DNA from: Lama glama
Taxonomy: Eukaryota
Assembly (NCBI GenBank): GCA_028534125.1
Contig: CM052816.1
Span: forward strand, 57,848,001-57,912,000
Direction of reading: 5' to 3'
Length of the DNA: 64,000 nucleotides
The stretch's first letter is position 1, and the number at the start of each line of letters is the position of its first letter. The notes under the pieces are model-generated. The model was not told the DNA's origin. It ran no database searches and worked only from the letters and a program-made list of their open reading frames with translations. Below, in pieces: positions 13,771 through 28,335 of the stretch. A program made the position numbers and the translations under genes.

Positions 13771-15760
13771 TAGATACATATTTTCTAAGAGGAAGGAGGA
13801 AGAAAGCAAGAAAGGCTCATTATATAGACTATATATAAATCAATAAAGACTGTCTTTCATAGGAAATATTTTTCCAGAACATGGTATGTTTTTGTAGTTA
13901 CTAATAGATGTTTTTTGATGAAGTAGCAAATTTCTGTGACTGAAATAAGCGGTAATAAATTTACCAGACTGTTGTGTATCTGATTTATTTTAATTTTTCC
14001 AGGATATGATATTCTACTATATGATACATAGTTTTTTTTAAGTTGGTATACCCTTCAAAGTGATAGTATTCCCTTGTTAATATTGGAAGCAATTTTGACA
14101 GTTGAGACAGTTTATAAAAGAGTAGATATTGATGTTAATGTTGAACTCTGCATAGCAATGGATGGGGGAATAATATGAGGCTAGGACTTAGGAATAGGAA
14201 TTGATTGTAACCATCACTGATAACCTTCTATACCAGCTACTGTACTAGTTTCTTAACATTGATTATCTTGCACTTCCCATAGCAGCCATACCAGATACGC
14301 ATTATTAACTCTGTTTTGCATGTAAGATCCAGAATGTTGATGACTTTCCCACATGGAGAAATTGGACTTCAAACCCAGATTGTTGAAGTTCTTTTCTGTT
14401 GCCTCCCTCAAATGGATCTGATCTTGTCTTCATGAATTTGATTTGTGACATTGGGCAACTGGGCCCCCCTCAGTTTCCTCATATTCATTGTGGAGACAAT
14501 AGTATCTTCCTCACAGGGCTGATGGGATGCTAAATTGAGATCTTAGCTGTGAAAGCTTTGTAGAAATCAGTGGCACCATAAAATTCAGGGTATTGTTAGA
14601 TCTAGAAGAGCGAAAAAATAAACCGTCATTCTTTTTGGTCTGAGTCCTTTCTTTCTACTCCTTGATAGTAGGGAAACCATTTAGCTAGGTCAAAACCTGA
14701 ATTGCATAGGCTTAGAATTTTCATTTTGGAGGGGAGCTGAAAGACCACTGGTTCATCCCTTACACGATGGCTGAAATCTCTTTGTGCCCTAGTACCTGGT
14801 GTCGGTTGAGGCAGCACTTTAGAGTTTAAAGAGCTTTCCCGTACCTTTTCTTATGGAGCCTCATACCCTTCAGTGCAGGTGCCTTTATTCTATTTATGCA
14901 CCTGAAGCAACTATTCCAGAGAGGCAGTACCCATCTGTTTATGCCACACAGCAAACCATCAGGAGAGCTAGCTCTCAACTTCAAGTCCTGTGTTTGAACT
15001 GTATTTTATCTGCCTCTTAAAGAGAGTTCTAAATCAAATCTGTAAATCCTAAAAAAGGGGGGGAAATTTGTAAGTCTCCGCCTCTTTACTCTCCTCTCTT
15101 TCTTCACAAGATTTTAACTGTTCACTACGTGCATTCTCTCTTACTTCATCCCTTTCTCCTCTGAGTCTCTATTTTGGAGTAGATTCATCCTTAGAAGAGT
15201 CTTTCCTGTTCTTCCTATGGTTTAGAGTTAAGGAACACACTCAGGGATTTTGTGGTTCAAAGGGAGACTTTGTTGGTAGAAGAATCACAGGTGTACTGGT
15301 CCATAGTAGAACCGAATCAGAGTAGGAAAAATGGTAATAAGACTTCTCTAAATTTAGATTTTCCTCTCCTTGGGCCATATGTTTTCAGCCATTAGAAGCT
15401 TCATCCTTTCAATTGTATGCTCCCACGTATTTGGAGCTAGGAACACGGAAAATATCAGTGTCTAAAGATAAAGGGAAATAGTGGTGACTAATTATGTACT
15501 AAGACTAGCTCTCTCTGGTTCTGAGCAAGGTTCACGTTTAGTTTTCACACAGTTCTAACCAAATTTGTTCTACACATAGGAAAAGAAGCCATTCTATGTT
15601 CTTTGTTTACACTAGGATAAGGGGGTTTCAAGGATGGAGCCATTAATGTGAACGCCATTCCAATAAAATGAGTGTTTTGTTTTTAAGGTCAAACTGTGAA
15701 TTAGGCTCAGTATATGGCATAATCTGTATTCATCCAAAGATTTTTCTTTCTGTCTTTTAG

Positions 15761-15819
15761 TTTGTGGACAACATTTCATCTCGAGAAGAGATAGACCATG
15801 CAGAGTATTACCTTTACAA
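15761..15819 (+). CDS. MRPS27: mS27 coding exon 4 (59 bp)
   Basis: tgtcttttag| acceptor, |gtaagt donor; FVDNISSREEIDHAEYYLY(K), ends in phase 2. Confidence 0.97.
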
Positions 15820-15844
15820 GTAAGTTTTCTGTTTCATTTGATGA

Positions 15845-16290
15845 TATATTCTCTTATTTCATATCCGTTTTTAACATGAAAGGTGATATGTACTGTACAT
15901 AATGTTCAATGCCTTGTTTTTTAAGTTTCTGCTTTGGAGATCTTCCCATATCCGTGTATAGAGAACTTCTTCATTTTTTATAACTTTACCATATTGCATA
16001 CTGTGAATGTATTTTTAAACCAGTTCCCTATGGTATGGCCTTTAGGTTGTTCTCTCTTTTTGTATGATGTACAATGCAGTCGTTAATAACCTTGTACATA
16101 GATCATTTTGCACCTAGTTCTCATATGTGTGTACATTTGTAATTGCAGCTGCTGTTGCCAAATTGCTTTCTATTGAGGTTTCACCAATTTACCTTCTTAC
16201 CGGCAGGGTATGAGAGAGGCCTGTCTCTACAGTTTGACCAGAAGTATTTTCACACTTTTGGATTTTTGTTTGTCTGATGGGTGAAAAATT
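15845..16290 (-). mobile_element. Old LINE-1 (L1ME-like) 3' fragment
   Basis: tttaaaccagttccctatgg...tttaggttgtt...ttgccaaattgctttc...accaatttac. Confidence 0.6.
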
Positions 16291-16932
16291 CTATATATAT
16301 TTATCTCTTCTCTTCCTTTTTTATTCGCTGGAAATACACTCTTTAAGCACTGTTTAGCACCTATTTTCAGTTAACACTGCATTTTAAAACTTATTCTTCA
16401 TTACCACATTTACTTCATTCTTTCTCACAACTGGGAACAATCCCACTGAACTATAGATACAGTCACCCCTGTGTATGAAGGAGCATATTCATTACAGCAT
16501 TGTCTATAGCAGCAAAAACTGGAATAACCTAAAGCTTATTAAATAAAGGACTTATCAAATAAATCATGATTTATTCTCATAGTTGATTTTTCATCTACCA
16601 GGTATCTATCAAAATGATACCTTGCAACTTTTTATTGTGCTTCCTTATTGTGATTTTAAAAATCTGATTTATGATTTGTTCCAATTCCTAGTCTGCAAAA
16701 AGAGATTCAGATTGAAATGTTAAATGTTTCCAGTAAGCATTGCATAGAATTTCCCATTTGATCTTACTTTGTGTTGATCAAGAGAGTATTCAGTTATTTC
16801 CATCTTTATGTTAGTGAAAACTTACCCCATTTTCTTTTATGTGACTTTGCTAATTAGTAATGACGCTTCTTTTCTTTCTGAATTGGGTAGATTCTACCAT
16901 CGTTGTGGTGATTTCTGTTTAAATATAAATCT

Positions 16933-16993
16933 CTACTACTATAACTATAGTTAATCTAATCTACTCTATAACTACTAGTTAATCTAATCTACT
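16933..16993. repeat. Imperfect 28-bp tandem repeat (about 2.2 copies)
   Basis: ctactactataactatagttaatctaat / ctactctataactactagttaatctaat / ctact. Confidence 0.9.
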
Positions 16994-19444
16994 TGAGCAT
17001 CTGCCGTTAAATCAGGTGCACATCTTAAAAATCTTTTATTTTAAATCTAATATTGCCTTTAACAGTGTCCTAAGTTTAAGTTCTAGGTCCTGAAATTATA
17101 ATCGCAAGTTCCCTCCTGCCCTTCCTTAAGATAAACATAAATGGATCCCTTGATGAGAGCAAACCTTGCCTTCCTTTCGTGGTTCTTTGGCACTGTAGGC
17201 CTCCTCTGGTAGTTATTTTTGCCTATGGTGAAAGATGTATTTGGGCTGGCACCTGCCCAGTTCTCATTCTTTTGCTTTGTTTGTGACAAAAATGCAGAAA
17301 ATAGATCCAATTTATAAATAGAAACTATTTTTTAGAATTCCATCCTGTAGGACACAGTGCTATAGTCTTAGAAGAAATACGTCCCAAATCTGCATGTACC
17401 TCTAGTGTATAATTGATTTCAACAATTCAACATTCAGCACGTACTTACTAAGCACATACTGTGTGCCTAGGCTTTGTTCAAGTTGTGGGCATATAGTGAT
17501 GAGTAAGTTAGACACTGTCCCTGTCTTCATACATTAAAGTTTAACTGAGAAATTTAAGTCCTACCTAAAGACCTTCTGTATCCAGTTTTGAGACTTGGGG
17601 TCTTACTGAAAGTTTCATAAAATCTCTACTTCCTGTTTTTATATAGCTCATATAGAAGACTCTTGGCCATCTTAAGTCTGAGCCATTGTTTAATCTGATA
17701 TTTCATTCTTTACTGGTGTTCTAGTCATGGCTTATCACTCTTTATTTGTATTCTTTCTCCTCCCTTCCATTACCAAGAAAATTAGCTTTTGCTCAGCTTT
17801 TTTTTTTTTTAAAGAAAGAAACATTTCTATGACTTCATGAGATTCCTGTTGTGTGTGTGTGAGACTAGGTACAGTGCCGTAAAGCCGCATCAGGTATAGA
17901 TAGTGGAGGTTGGCCAGTGTTCACTCATCAGCCAGGTATCAACTGCTTTCCGGCCTTAGAGGACATGGAAAACATATTTTTTGCTTGTAATTTTTTTTAC
18001 GAACATATTTTTGTAACCTGAAATTTTGCCTCAGCAAAATTACAAGTTACAGTTATGAACTCTTGGGATTTCTCTCCATTAATTGAAATCAGAAATGTTA
18101 ATAATCCTGAGGACACCAAGGGCATGCGGGGTTTCCACCAGTTAAGTCTTCAGCATGCGTGGTTGCAATGCCTAACATTTCTATGTGGGATGACTCTAGG
18201 TAGCTGAGAGTAAACTTAGAATTACAGGTCAAGGTTGCAGAAATACAGGAGCAATTTCTTAATCCTACAACTAACAGCTTCTTGCTGGCCTGCCTTGAGG
18301 ATTTCTTATTCCCTAAGCATGACCATCTTTGAGGGGAAGGCCCACGACAGGACTTTTGGCTGCCACCACTGTTGCTGGCGCAAATCTTCCCCTGCCTCAG
18401 CTTGTGGAGACCAGACCCTGCAAGCGGAGCTTAACTGCCGCATCCTCTCATCTTCTAGTGATCAAATTTCCCCAGTGGTTATGTAAAAGCCAGAGAAGTT
18501 TGGAAGCCTGTAGTGATCAGTGAAGAGCTGATTGGGCATCTGCCATTGAATCAGGTGCACAAATAAACAGTTCCAAGCCCCAGCGGTTCGGGGAGCTTCC
18601 GGCACATGCCAGCTTGTTACCATGCTGTCCTCCCAGGAGAGAATTCCAGCCTTTAACTCTCCTGAAGTACATAGGGGCATCAATGTTAAAGAGTCCCAGG
18701 GATCTTTTTAGGAGAGTTAGAGACACTGTTGTTCACATAGCAGGAGGGAGGACAGATATCCAGCCGCTCCTGTTCAGACTGTGGGCTGTTCTCTGGGGGC
18801 TGACAACCTTGTGATCAGTCTCCACCCTGCCACTTATAAATTAAAAAATGGGAGCACCAAGGAAAGGGAAATGATACTTTAAACAAAGATACCGTGAGCT
18901 AAAGATGATTAAGGCAGCCAATACCAGGAACTATATAGGTTGTCAATAAAATTTTTTAAGAAACTTGATTATACTCCCCAACAAACCAAGAGTAAAAGTG
19001 ATTAGAACAGTCAAGAGTCTAAATGGAATAACCAGAATATGAAAGCTAAGAAAGAAGAGAACAAAGCCTGCTAAGAACTGTTGGACAGTAACAAATTAAA
19101 ACACGATTAAAATAAGAGAATAAAAAAGTAAGAAATAAAATTAAAAATGAAACGAGAAGAGGGCCGCAAGCTAGGAGCTTCACGAGTGTGCGCAGATGCG
19201 GCTGGGAGGGTAGGGAAGCAGGCACCGGCCCGCTCCCACGGAGGCTCTCCGCAGGCTCAGAGTAGATCTCTCTCTCAGCGGTTTGCAAACTGTCTTCTCA
19301 GAAGCCCTTGGGCTGATTCCTCACAGAGGCCTCCGGGGTGCGGGTTGAGTGGGGTACGCTGTGAGGGAGGGGCCAGGCAGTGCTGCCATCAGCCCTCTGC
19401 TTCTGCTCCAGCCAGAAAAGCCATGCCTCCAGCTGCTTCATGTA

Positions 19445-19892
19445 TCAGGTCTAAGGAGAGAATGCAGGAGGGTCTGTGAACTTAGATGAGAATAAAATTA
19501 CATTTTTATTTTCAGTAACGTCTCAATAATACTCAGCTTTGCCTTCAATTATGAATATAGGCAACAGATCACAGTATTATTAGCAACATCAGTGTCTTTC
19601 TCACCAATAAAAATCATTGATTTTTATATATCTCATTACATATGTTGCAGATATCTTGACATATTATGCTTATCACTGCATAGAAATTGCATTTATAATT
19701 AAACAACTGCTAGCTAGTGTTATTTCCTACGTTGAAGAAGCATGTGTTCTCCAGGATTTTTTTTTTTAATGTTTTGATCATTCTGTTTCTCTATAATTGA
19801 TTTCCTTTTTAACCCTGTGCATTTAAAACATTGGAGAAGGTTCATCAGACTATGTGAGAGTTCATCCCACAAAAAAATGTTACGAACCTCAC
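19445..19892. mobile_element. hAT-Charlie DNA transposon fragment (Charlie4-like)
   Basis: gggtctgtgaacttagatg...aaattacatttttattttca...caaaaaaatgttacgaacc. Confidence 0.6.
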
Positions 19893-22682
19893 TGTGAAAT
19901 CATGTTTGAAAAAGACCTTTTGCTTGGGCTTATTCCTGCTTCTTCCCCTAGGCATTTTAAAGTTTTCTAGTTTTTTTTTTTCTTACTAAAAAGGCATTCT
20001 TATTTTAGGTTAGACCTTATAGAGTAAGACAAACATATGGCTGATATGTGTTCCGTTATCCAAATGAAAACTTAGGTACAGCTCGTCTATTGTTACCTCA
20101 CTGGAGCAGGAAGAGTGTGGTGAAAAGTGAGATTTGGACAGGCCCTGGGGTGCTGTCTGTCAGGAAACCAGTGCTAGGATGGGGTTGGGCAGGAGCACTT
20201 CTGCTCCATTTTGGTGTCATCACCCCCAGCCCCACCCCACCCCACCCTCGGGCTGGCAAGGGGAGAAGCCCCCGCACTGTAGCAGCAGAGGTTTTGTGGC
20301 TGGGAGGAGAAAGCTAAGAGAACAGCACGGCTGACGGCAGCTCAGAGAAAGCAATGCTCCATGATTGGTGAGCATGAAAAGTTGACTGCTGACTTACACT
20401 TTACCTTTGTTAAAAGGAGGCTTGTATGTTCCATGTTAGTTTTAAAAAGAATTGGGCAAACTAGTTTTTGTCCTTGGGCATAGGATTAATTTCTGCTTCC
20501 TACCCATATGCCCTTTCGCTAACATTTGAAGAAAAAGGGTTTCCTACCTTTGTTTTACTATAAACTTACAGTCTGATTTGCATCTTTATTTTACTGATGC
20601 AAAGACTAAGGCATGGAGATTCACTGAGTGCACCCCACATAGAGGGTGTGATGTAAGCCACTGTCTGTCCTGGTCTGAGAAGGGAAACCAGGAAGATAAA
20701 ATGTGAACAGTGGGACAGTGCTAGAAAAACCAAGGCAGTGCTTTCCCAGTGCAAGATGGTATCGATAAGGATTTCAAATGGGGCTATAATTTATTCTTAA
20801 GAAAACTAAGGCAGAAGGGGTTCCATGGAGACCAGAGTGTAGAACATGGTAAAGCAGAAGAAAATTTAAATTAAGGGATAAGAGGAAATCCCTTACATTT
20901 CTTGTAATCTGGGAGTTGTTGCTTTTTATTTCCTAAGAGCCATGGTCTTAGCTTTTTCTCCACAAGAGATCCCTTTTGGAATCTGTCAGCTTTAGAACAA
21001 TCTTATCCTATAGTGAGCTTACCTAGAATTTTCCTTTATCATTTTCTGGAGAGCATCTGTTTCCTGGGCCACCTGGTCAGTAGTTTTGAGCTCAGGACTC
21101 TGCAGGTTGATGTGTGCTGTCCACATGCAGACAAGCTAGCCCTGTGGCAGGCTGTTTCCCTTTCAGGAGTTAAGTCTGCATATCATCAGAGAAATGTGGC
21201 ACCAGTAAAGCTGTTATTTTCATGGTTTAAAATAAGCTTTAACAGTGGCTATATTGGTATTTGATTACTGCATTAATAGAATGCAAACTCATGCCATAAA
21301 AATTCCTTCTTTCTGCATGGTATCCTCCTCTTCACCGAGGATGTTTGCAAATCACATTTTTAAAGGCTTATTTAAACTTCCAAATCATTTTGGCACCGTG
21401 GCAGTTTAGAGATGCATGAAATTAAACTTGTTCCTTTTGCTGTCACCGGTAATAATCAAAACTGATTATTTAATCTGCAACATAAATGGTCATTTTTGAA
21501 GGAAAAGATGTAGAAATTTCTAAAATATATAAAACATTCTCCCTATTTTAAGAATACATATTTTTTAAAAGTATCCTTTTGATTTTTAGCAAAAACGTAG
21601 GGAATGCTGAATTAATTGTCTTACAGTAAGATAAGACATTGCAGAGCTCCATGGGAAGGCGTGTTTTTCTTAGAATACAGCTCCCTGCATTGTTGTGGAG
21701 AGTGGCGTGCCACCCAGTAACGAGAGGAAGTCAAGGTTGCATGGCAGGCCGTGTGCTACCAACACATTCGTCCATGCTGTACCTTGGCCTCAGGCATCTT
21801 TCATCCGTGGCTGAACTGACCTGGCAGATACCAGGCGTCCCTGGTTGGAGACGGATGGCGGGTCAGGAACAGCTGGGGTGAGGCAGATGGCAGCCTGCAC
21901 GTCTCCAGGTCCTTGGTTGGCAGCCAGCCTTAAAAAGGAAGGACCAAAATAGCTTCATTTTTCAATAAGCACAAATATCCCCATGGTTCCTCAAAGGCGA
22001 GTGCATCCCAGGCCTCTGTTGTAAGAATCCATTTCAGCCTGTAGGAAGAGGGCAAGGTGAGAGTTTATTAGGATGAACACTGTTCGTGAGTTTAAGCTGT
22101 AGTGATTTATCTTTGAGGACAGAGAGATCATTTGTGTTTTACAGCACTAAAAGGGAATTAAAATTTTTTTTGTTAGCATACTGCCTGTTCTCATTATGTT
22201 TGAACATTATTAAGGAAAGAGTAAAGAGCCCAAGGGACGATAAATGAGTCATAGAGCCTTTTTTAGAAACACCTTCATACTTGAATATTGTCAAGTGCTT
22301 TATTTAGTTCTTATTTGCTGATCCCACAGGCCTGGGAGAGAGTTATTGTCAGTGGCTCTGCATGAGAGGATAGCAGATTGTCAGGAACAGCACCCAAGCC
22401 TTGCCAAAGACCCAGGGAGCTTTGTGAAGAGAGTTAGGATGAGAACCCTGTGCCTCCACTCCTTCTGACTTTGCACTTCTCTTTCTACTGGTCTTGTTAT
22501 TTCAGCCTGGAGCCTGGTCAGAGGAGGAGGAGAGGGATAACCTTAAAGCGTGTTTTCTGGTCTTTGGTTCCGACATTCTACCCAACTTGCCCAATGTCTT
22601 CACACCTTAGATGGTTACTCTTACTCCTCTGGTGTAATGACTGGGTCCCCTGGAGGCTCTTACCCTAGGCGTCCAAAGCAGT

Positions 22683-23640
22683 CCATGCTGTTATAAACAT
22701 CTACGTTAAAGTCTTTGTAGAGACATATGCTTTCATTTCTTTGGAGTAAATATCACAGAGTGAAATGGCTGGAGCCTATGGTAGCCTATATGTATTTTCC
22801 AAAGTGATCATAACCATTTTATATTCCCAACAGCAGTTCTAGTTCCTCCATATTTTTGCCAGCAGAGTTAGCCATGCTCATAATGGTATCTCACTCTCAG
22901 TGCGGTTTTAATTTGTATTCTCCTAATGACTAGTGATGTTGAGCCTCTTTTCATGTGTTTATCTGTCATCCATGTCACTCCTTGGTGAAGTATCTGATCA
23001 AATCTTTTGCCCTTTTTTTCTTTTATTGAGTTGTTTGTTTTCTTATTACTGAGTTTTGAGAACTTTTTTCTTGTAGTTTTGTTTGTCTTTTTATTCATTT
23101 AACAGGATTTTTCAAAGAGCAGGTTTTATTTTTGATAGAAGTCTAGTTTGTTAATTTTTTCTTTTATGAATCATGCTTTTGGTGTCAACTAAGAAATCTT
23201 TGCTCAACCCAACCCTGCAAAGATTGTTCTCCCATGTTTTGTTTTAGAAGTTTTTTTTTATAGTTTTAAGTTTTACAGTTAGCTCTGTGATCCATTTTGA
23301 AGTTTTGGTTTTTTTTTAATATGGTAGAGGTAAGGGTCCAAGTTAATTTTTTGACATACTTAGTCATGTCGGCACTGTTTGTTGAAAAGACTCTTTCTGC
23401 ATTGAACTACTTTTGAATCTTTGTCGAAAATCAGTTGTTTTTATATAAGTGAGTCTATTTCTGAGCTCTTTTTTTCCATTGATCTCTATTCCATTGATGT
23501 CAATTCTACACTGTCTTTATGGCTTTAGTTTTATTATACCTTAAAACTAGGTAGTGTAAGTCTTCCAACTTGGTTCTTCTTTTTCTGAAGTGTTTTACCT
23601 AGTCTAGATCATTTGCATTCCACATCAATTTTAGAATCAC
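22683..23640 (-). mobile_element. Old LINE-1 ORF2 3' region fragment
   Basis: Minus-strand ORF 22868-23098 resembles ORF2 (KKTNNSIK...KHMKRGSTSLVIRRIQIKT). Confidence 0.85.
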
Positions 23641-23954
23641 CATGTGTGTCTGTGTATATAGATACACACCTACATGCATACATATTATTAATGTAGAGAA
23701 ATCAAGAGCAAGATCAATCCCAGAAATGTGCATTGAATACCTTGTATACATCTAGAAATAAGATGATAAGAGGGAAGTTTATAAGGAATATGAAGGGAGA
23801 TTGATTTTGTGAAAGTCCCTAATCATTCTTTTTCCATCGAAGACATATTTAAACTGCCCTGACAGAATTTCTAATCTCATGTCTGTAAGACAAATGATTC
23901 TCAGCTCTGTTTATAAGGGGAAGTTCTGAAGCCAGTAGAAGGTGTAAGAGAAGT

Positions 23955-24245
23955 TTTTTTTTTTTTAATTTTAGTGAGTTATAGTCATTTTACAATGTGG
24001 TGTCAAATTCCAGTGTAGAGCACAGTTTTCAGTTATACGTGAATATACATATATTCATTGTCTCATTCTTTTTCGCTGTGAGCTACCACAAGATTTTGTA
24101 TATATTTCCCTGTGCTATACAGTATAATCTTGTTCATCTATTCTACATATGCCCCTCAGTGTCTACAAATTTCGAACTTCCAGTCTGTCCCTTCCCACCT
24201 CCCCTCCCTCTTGGCAACCACAAGTTTGTATTCTATGTCTATGAG
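23955..24245 (-). mobile_element. Lineage-specific 5'-truncated L1 (about 290 bp) with target-site duplication
   Basis: Poly-T then 3'UTR related to the copies at 30478 and 31115; direct repeat aagagaagt at 23946-23954 and 24246-24254. Confidence 0.88.
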
Positions 24246-25775
24246 AAGAGAAGTATTTTTTAATTTGCCAGACTGTATGTTCAAAGGAAGGATATGAATC
24301 ACTACAGTCAAAAAAAGATTATAAATTGGTTGGGGATAACTAGATATGTGAAACAATTCAAAATCAATAGAAATCTAGGATAATAAATAGGTCAGTTGAC
24401 TATATGTAACAAAGTACGTGTTCCAGAGAAAGCATGCTTTGGGCAAGGCTAGAAGAGAGGTTGGCGTTATTACCAGCAAACATTCATAAAAGAGGCAGAA
24501 CTTGAGACAGCCCTGAAGACTGGATAAGTAGAAGAAATAAGAACGAGTGTTCAAGATGCAACAAGCAGTATAGATAGGGTTAATAGAGTGGGCTGAGAAC
24601 TGACTTTAGGGGTTGATGGGGGACTGCCCTGAGCGAGTCTGAGGCCTACTGAGGAGTAGTGGGAAATAAGTTAGGCAGATTATCGAGGGAATAGAAAGCT
24701 GGCACTGTCATACATACATTGCTAGGAGGCATATAAATTGGCACAACTTCTGTAGAGAGAACTTTGGCAATGTCTATCAAAATTATGAGCGCACATAGCT
24801 CTAGGAACTCCTGATACACTTGCATACGTGTAAAATAATATCCATTACAAAAATTAATGTCCATTAATAAAGGTCTTTGTATATTGGTTATTTAAAAACT
24901 TTTTCTAAAGATTCACAAGATTGTTAGTCATCAGTAGATTCTTGAAATGTATATCATAATAAAAGTATTTCAGGAAGATTAGTGACAGATTTTGGATTGA
25001 AAGAGCTACGTGCTGGAGGGAAATTTATTGTCTCCACTTAAGATAATAAAAGGCCTGTCCTGTAGTAGTTGACAGTGGAAATGAAGAGAGAAATATTTTG
25101 CACATAGGGAAAAATCAATCAATAGAATTAGTGACAGTTGAATATAAAGATAGAAAACACAGAGGATCAAAAATGAACTGAATGTTGAATCTCAGTTAAT
25201 GAGGAAATGGCTAGTCTGTTTATAGAAGTATTGAGTTGAAAGCAGATTTAGAAGACAGTGAGGGGGTGGGTTTTTCCTTTGCCTTTTCATCGTCCACATA
25301 CATTTTTCTAACTTTGCTGCATCACATCTTACCCTACTGACCACATTTGGACTGACTGTTGGAGAGGAACTGGCCACAGATCTTTGGAGAAAGAACAGCT
25401 GCCAAAATACACCTACATTAGAGGCTACCCGGTGTCATCGTGCCAGCTGGAAAGTTTTAAATTAGGTGATCTCTGAAGTCCTGCTAACTTTCAGAATCTG
25501 AAATTGAGGCCTGGGAAGACTAAGCAACTTCCTTAGAGCCATGTGACAAGTCCAGGCTCTAGCTGTGGATGAAGGCCTGACTTCAGGTCCAGAGGCTCAT
25601 CAGGTAGACCAGTGTGTCTCTGCCAGTTCTTTCTCCTCAGGCAGTCTAGGTAATAAACCAGGAGGTACCGATTCAGTGAGTACTTAAGTACCTCATAACA
25701 AAGTGGTGTGAAATTAATTAAACCCAGAAATAACCTAGCATATACAGAGGTTCAACAGTAAAAAAAAAAAAAAAA

Positions 25776-26052
25776 GACCTAGAAAACAAACTTATGGATA
25801 CCAAAGGGAAAGGGTAGAGGGAGGGATAAATTGGGAATTTGAGATTAACAAATATACACTACTATATATAAAATAGATAAACAATAAGGACCTACTGTAT
25901 AGCATAGGGAACTATATTCAGTATCTTGTAGTAACCTATAATGAGTTAAAGAACCTGAAAAAGAAAAATGTATATATATTATGTATAACTGAATCACTTT
26001 GCTATACACCTGAAATATTATGAACCAACTATACTTCAATTAAAAAATAAAA
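25776..26052 (+). mobile_element. Cetartiodactyl-type L1 3' end (about 280 bp)
   Basis: gaaaacaaacttatggataccaaagg...aaggacctactgtatagcatagggaactatattcagtatcttgta...A-rich tail; probable TSD aacagt(a/g)aaaaaa. Confidence 0.85.
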
Positions 26053-27764
26053 ACAGTGAAAAAACATAATCATGGGGGAAAAGGTGCTGAAAAAACCCTG
26101 AAAGAATCAGGATGGGAGCGAAGAGTCAAGTGACTTGGATTTTAGGGCCAGTTTGGTTCCCACTTTGATCTCTAACTTGGAACCAGTTAATGAACTTATC
26201 TGGACATCAGCTTCCTAGATGAACAAATGATCCTGGATGCCTCTCAAGGCACCCTGCACATCTGAAATCTATGTCTGTCAGTCTCACTGATACAGGAGCT
26301 AGTCTTTATCACCAGGAGCCTCAGACTTTGAATGCATTAGGTTTTGGTCTTTGTTTAGTTTCTTAGTCAGAACTTTATTTATTTAGATAGTGGAATTGAA
26401 GTTTCAACTACCTTAACCATGAATATCAAAATAACGACTATCAGATATAAAATTAAACAACAGAAAGGATAGAGGATCTCTCAGTCTTTTCTGGATTTGG
26501 GTGGAAGGCTTCATTTACTATCTTTAGCAAATTTCTTGTTATGAGAAGTAGGGTATTCTCTTTTATTTTCTAGGGAACTAATTTTTGTGCGGTATATATC
26601 TGACATTTTCCTTTCTGTGAAAGGCCCACAAAGCACCTACTTTTGATGCCTTGCATATATACTGGGATTTTGAAGGAGAGGGCTAAAGTTGATTTATTCC
26701 AATAGCTGCAGAATCCTTTGCAGATTAAACCTTGAAATTCCTATAGTTTCCTATAAAAAGATAGATCCCAAGTTGTTTTTTCCACAGTATAGAGTCCTTT
26801 GATCCAAAATCTTTTTACTGGTTATATTCATAACTGTGAAGTCATAATCAAGGTACAAGGAATTACAGCTGTAGGGCAGAGAAAAAGCATAACTGAATAT
26901 ATTGTCCTAATTTATTAAACATAGAGACTTCAGTAGGGCTTTGAATGCAAGGAAGTTTTATTTGAAGATAATTAGATCTTTTTAGGAGCTAGTGCATTGT
27001 TTAAGGTGTATTAATTTTACATCTGTTTAAACAGCTTCAAGAAGGGATTTGTGGGAGCAGAAGTTTCGTTTGATTGCATCATGAGTTTTGAGGACAGTGG
27101 CAAATAGATTCCTGAGTATTTCCAGATGCTGTCTCTAGGCAAGAGGACATTTGATGAGTATTTGATGTGAATTCTCTTTACTGGTCTTGGCTGCTATCAT
27201 TTCCAGTTATGTTTGTTTGTTTGTTTTTTACCAGGCAAGAGGTTATGTTTTGAGGTCTGTTCTGTTCTTTTTAAAATGCTGATTTTAAAACAAATGCATC
27301 ACCAATTTCATAACTAGTGGTGGGCAAGAGTGGGACTTATACGAGGTCTTCCAACTGCAGGCCATTACAGTACCTCAGGACTGTGTTTATTACATACTGA
27401 CTGTTTCACAGCTCAGTGATGGGTGCTATCAGGAGGGGAAACTCAAATCGGTCATTAGTCTCTATCGATAAAAGTTCAGGCAGAGTTTTGATAGGAAGAG
27501 CACTGAAATTACTTGTTAAAATGAGAGCTTTGTGGATCTTGTCCATATAGATTATTTTAATCCTCTATTTGCTGACTTCATAGCAGGTAGTAACAGTTAA
27601 CGTGTATGACACACTTACACACTGCTTTCAGACCCCAGCCAAAATGGACTGCTGTTCTCCAGATGTGCCCTGTACTGTATTCTTTTATCTCTTCAGGGAT
27701 GCTTACTGAGTTTGTCTTTTGACTAATCAAAAGTGTGTGTTTTTTTAATCTTTACTCAAGAAGC

Positions 27765-27995
27765 AGTATAGTATAGTAGATAAGAGCATGGAACCAATCT
27801 GTCTAAATTTGAATATAGCCATCTGTTAGCTGTGTGGTTTAGTTACTTATATTGTCTGTCTCTCAGTTTTCTCATCCATAAAATGGGGATTAAAATAGTG
27901 CCTGTAATTTAGGATAATTATGAGACTTAAAGCAACTAACACATTATAGGGTCCTTAGAACAGTCTTGGGATGGAGAAGGTTGGTGTTCAATAAA
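27765..27995 (+). mobile_element. MIR SINE
   Basis: gcagtatagtatagtagataagagc...ctcagttttctcatccataaaatggggat...ttcaataaat. Confidence 0.8.
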
Positions 27996-28279
27996 TTTGG
28001 CTTTAGTATTGGTTATACTGGCTTATAATATCTTGAAGAACAAGGACTGTTTCTTCCCCATACTTCTCTCCTTAGGGAAAATATTTTGACTCCAGTTTAG
28101 GTTTCTAAGATTAACAGTCCTCAACCATCTTCACAGCTCCCACCTGAAGGGCATCAAGACACAAAGATTATCTTGGCTCAAGGATAGGGAGAAATAGATG
28201 TTTATGTACACTAGTAGTTAAACAGCCAGATGGAAAGGACACCACAAATTTTGGAAAGCTGTCTGACCTTGAAAAGGAA

Positions 28280-28281
<2 letters not shown>

Positions 28282-28332
<51 letters not shown>
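28282..28332. repeat. (AT)n microsatellite, about 25 units
   Basis: Uninterrupted AT dinucleotide run. Confidence 0.99.
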
Positions 28333-28335
<3 letters not shown>

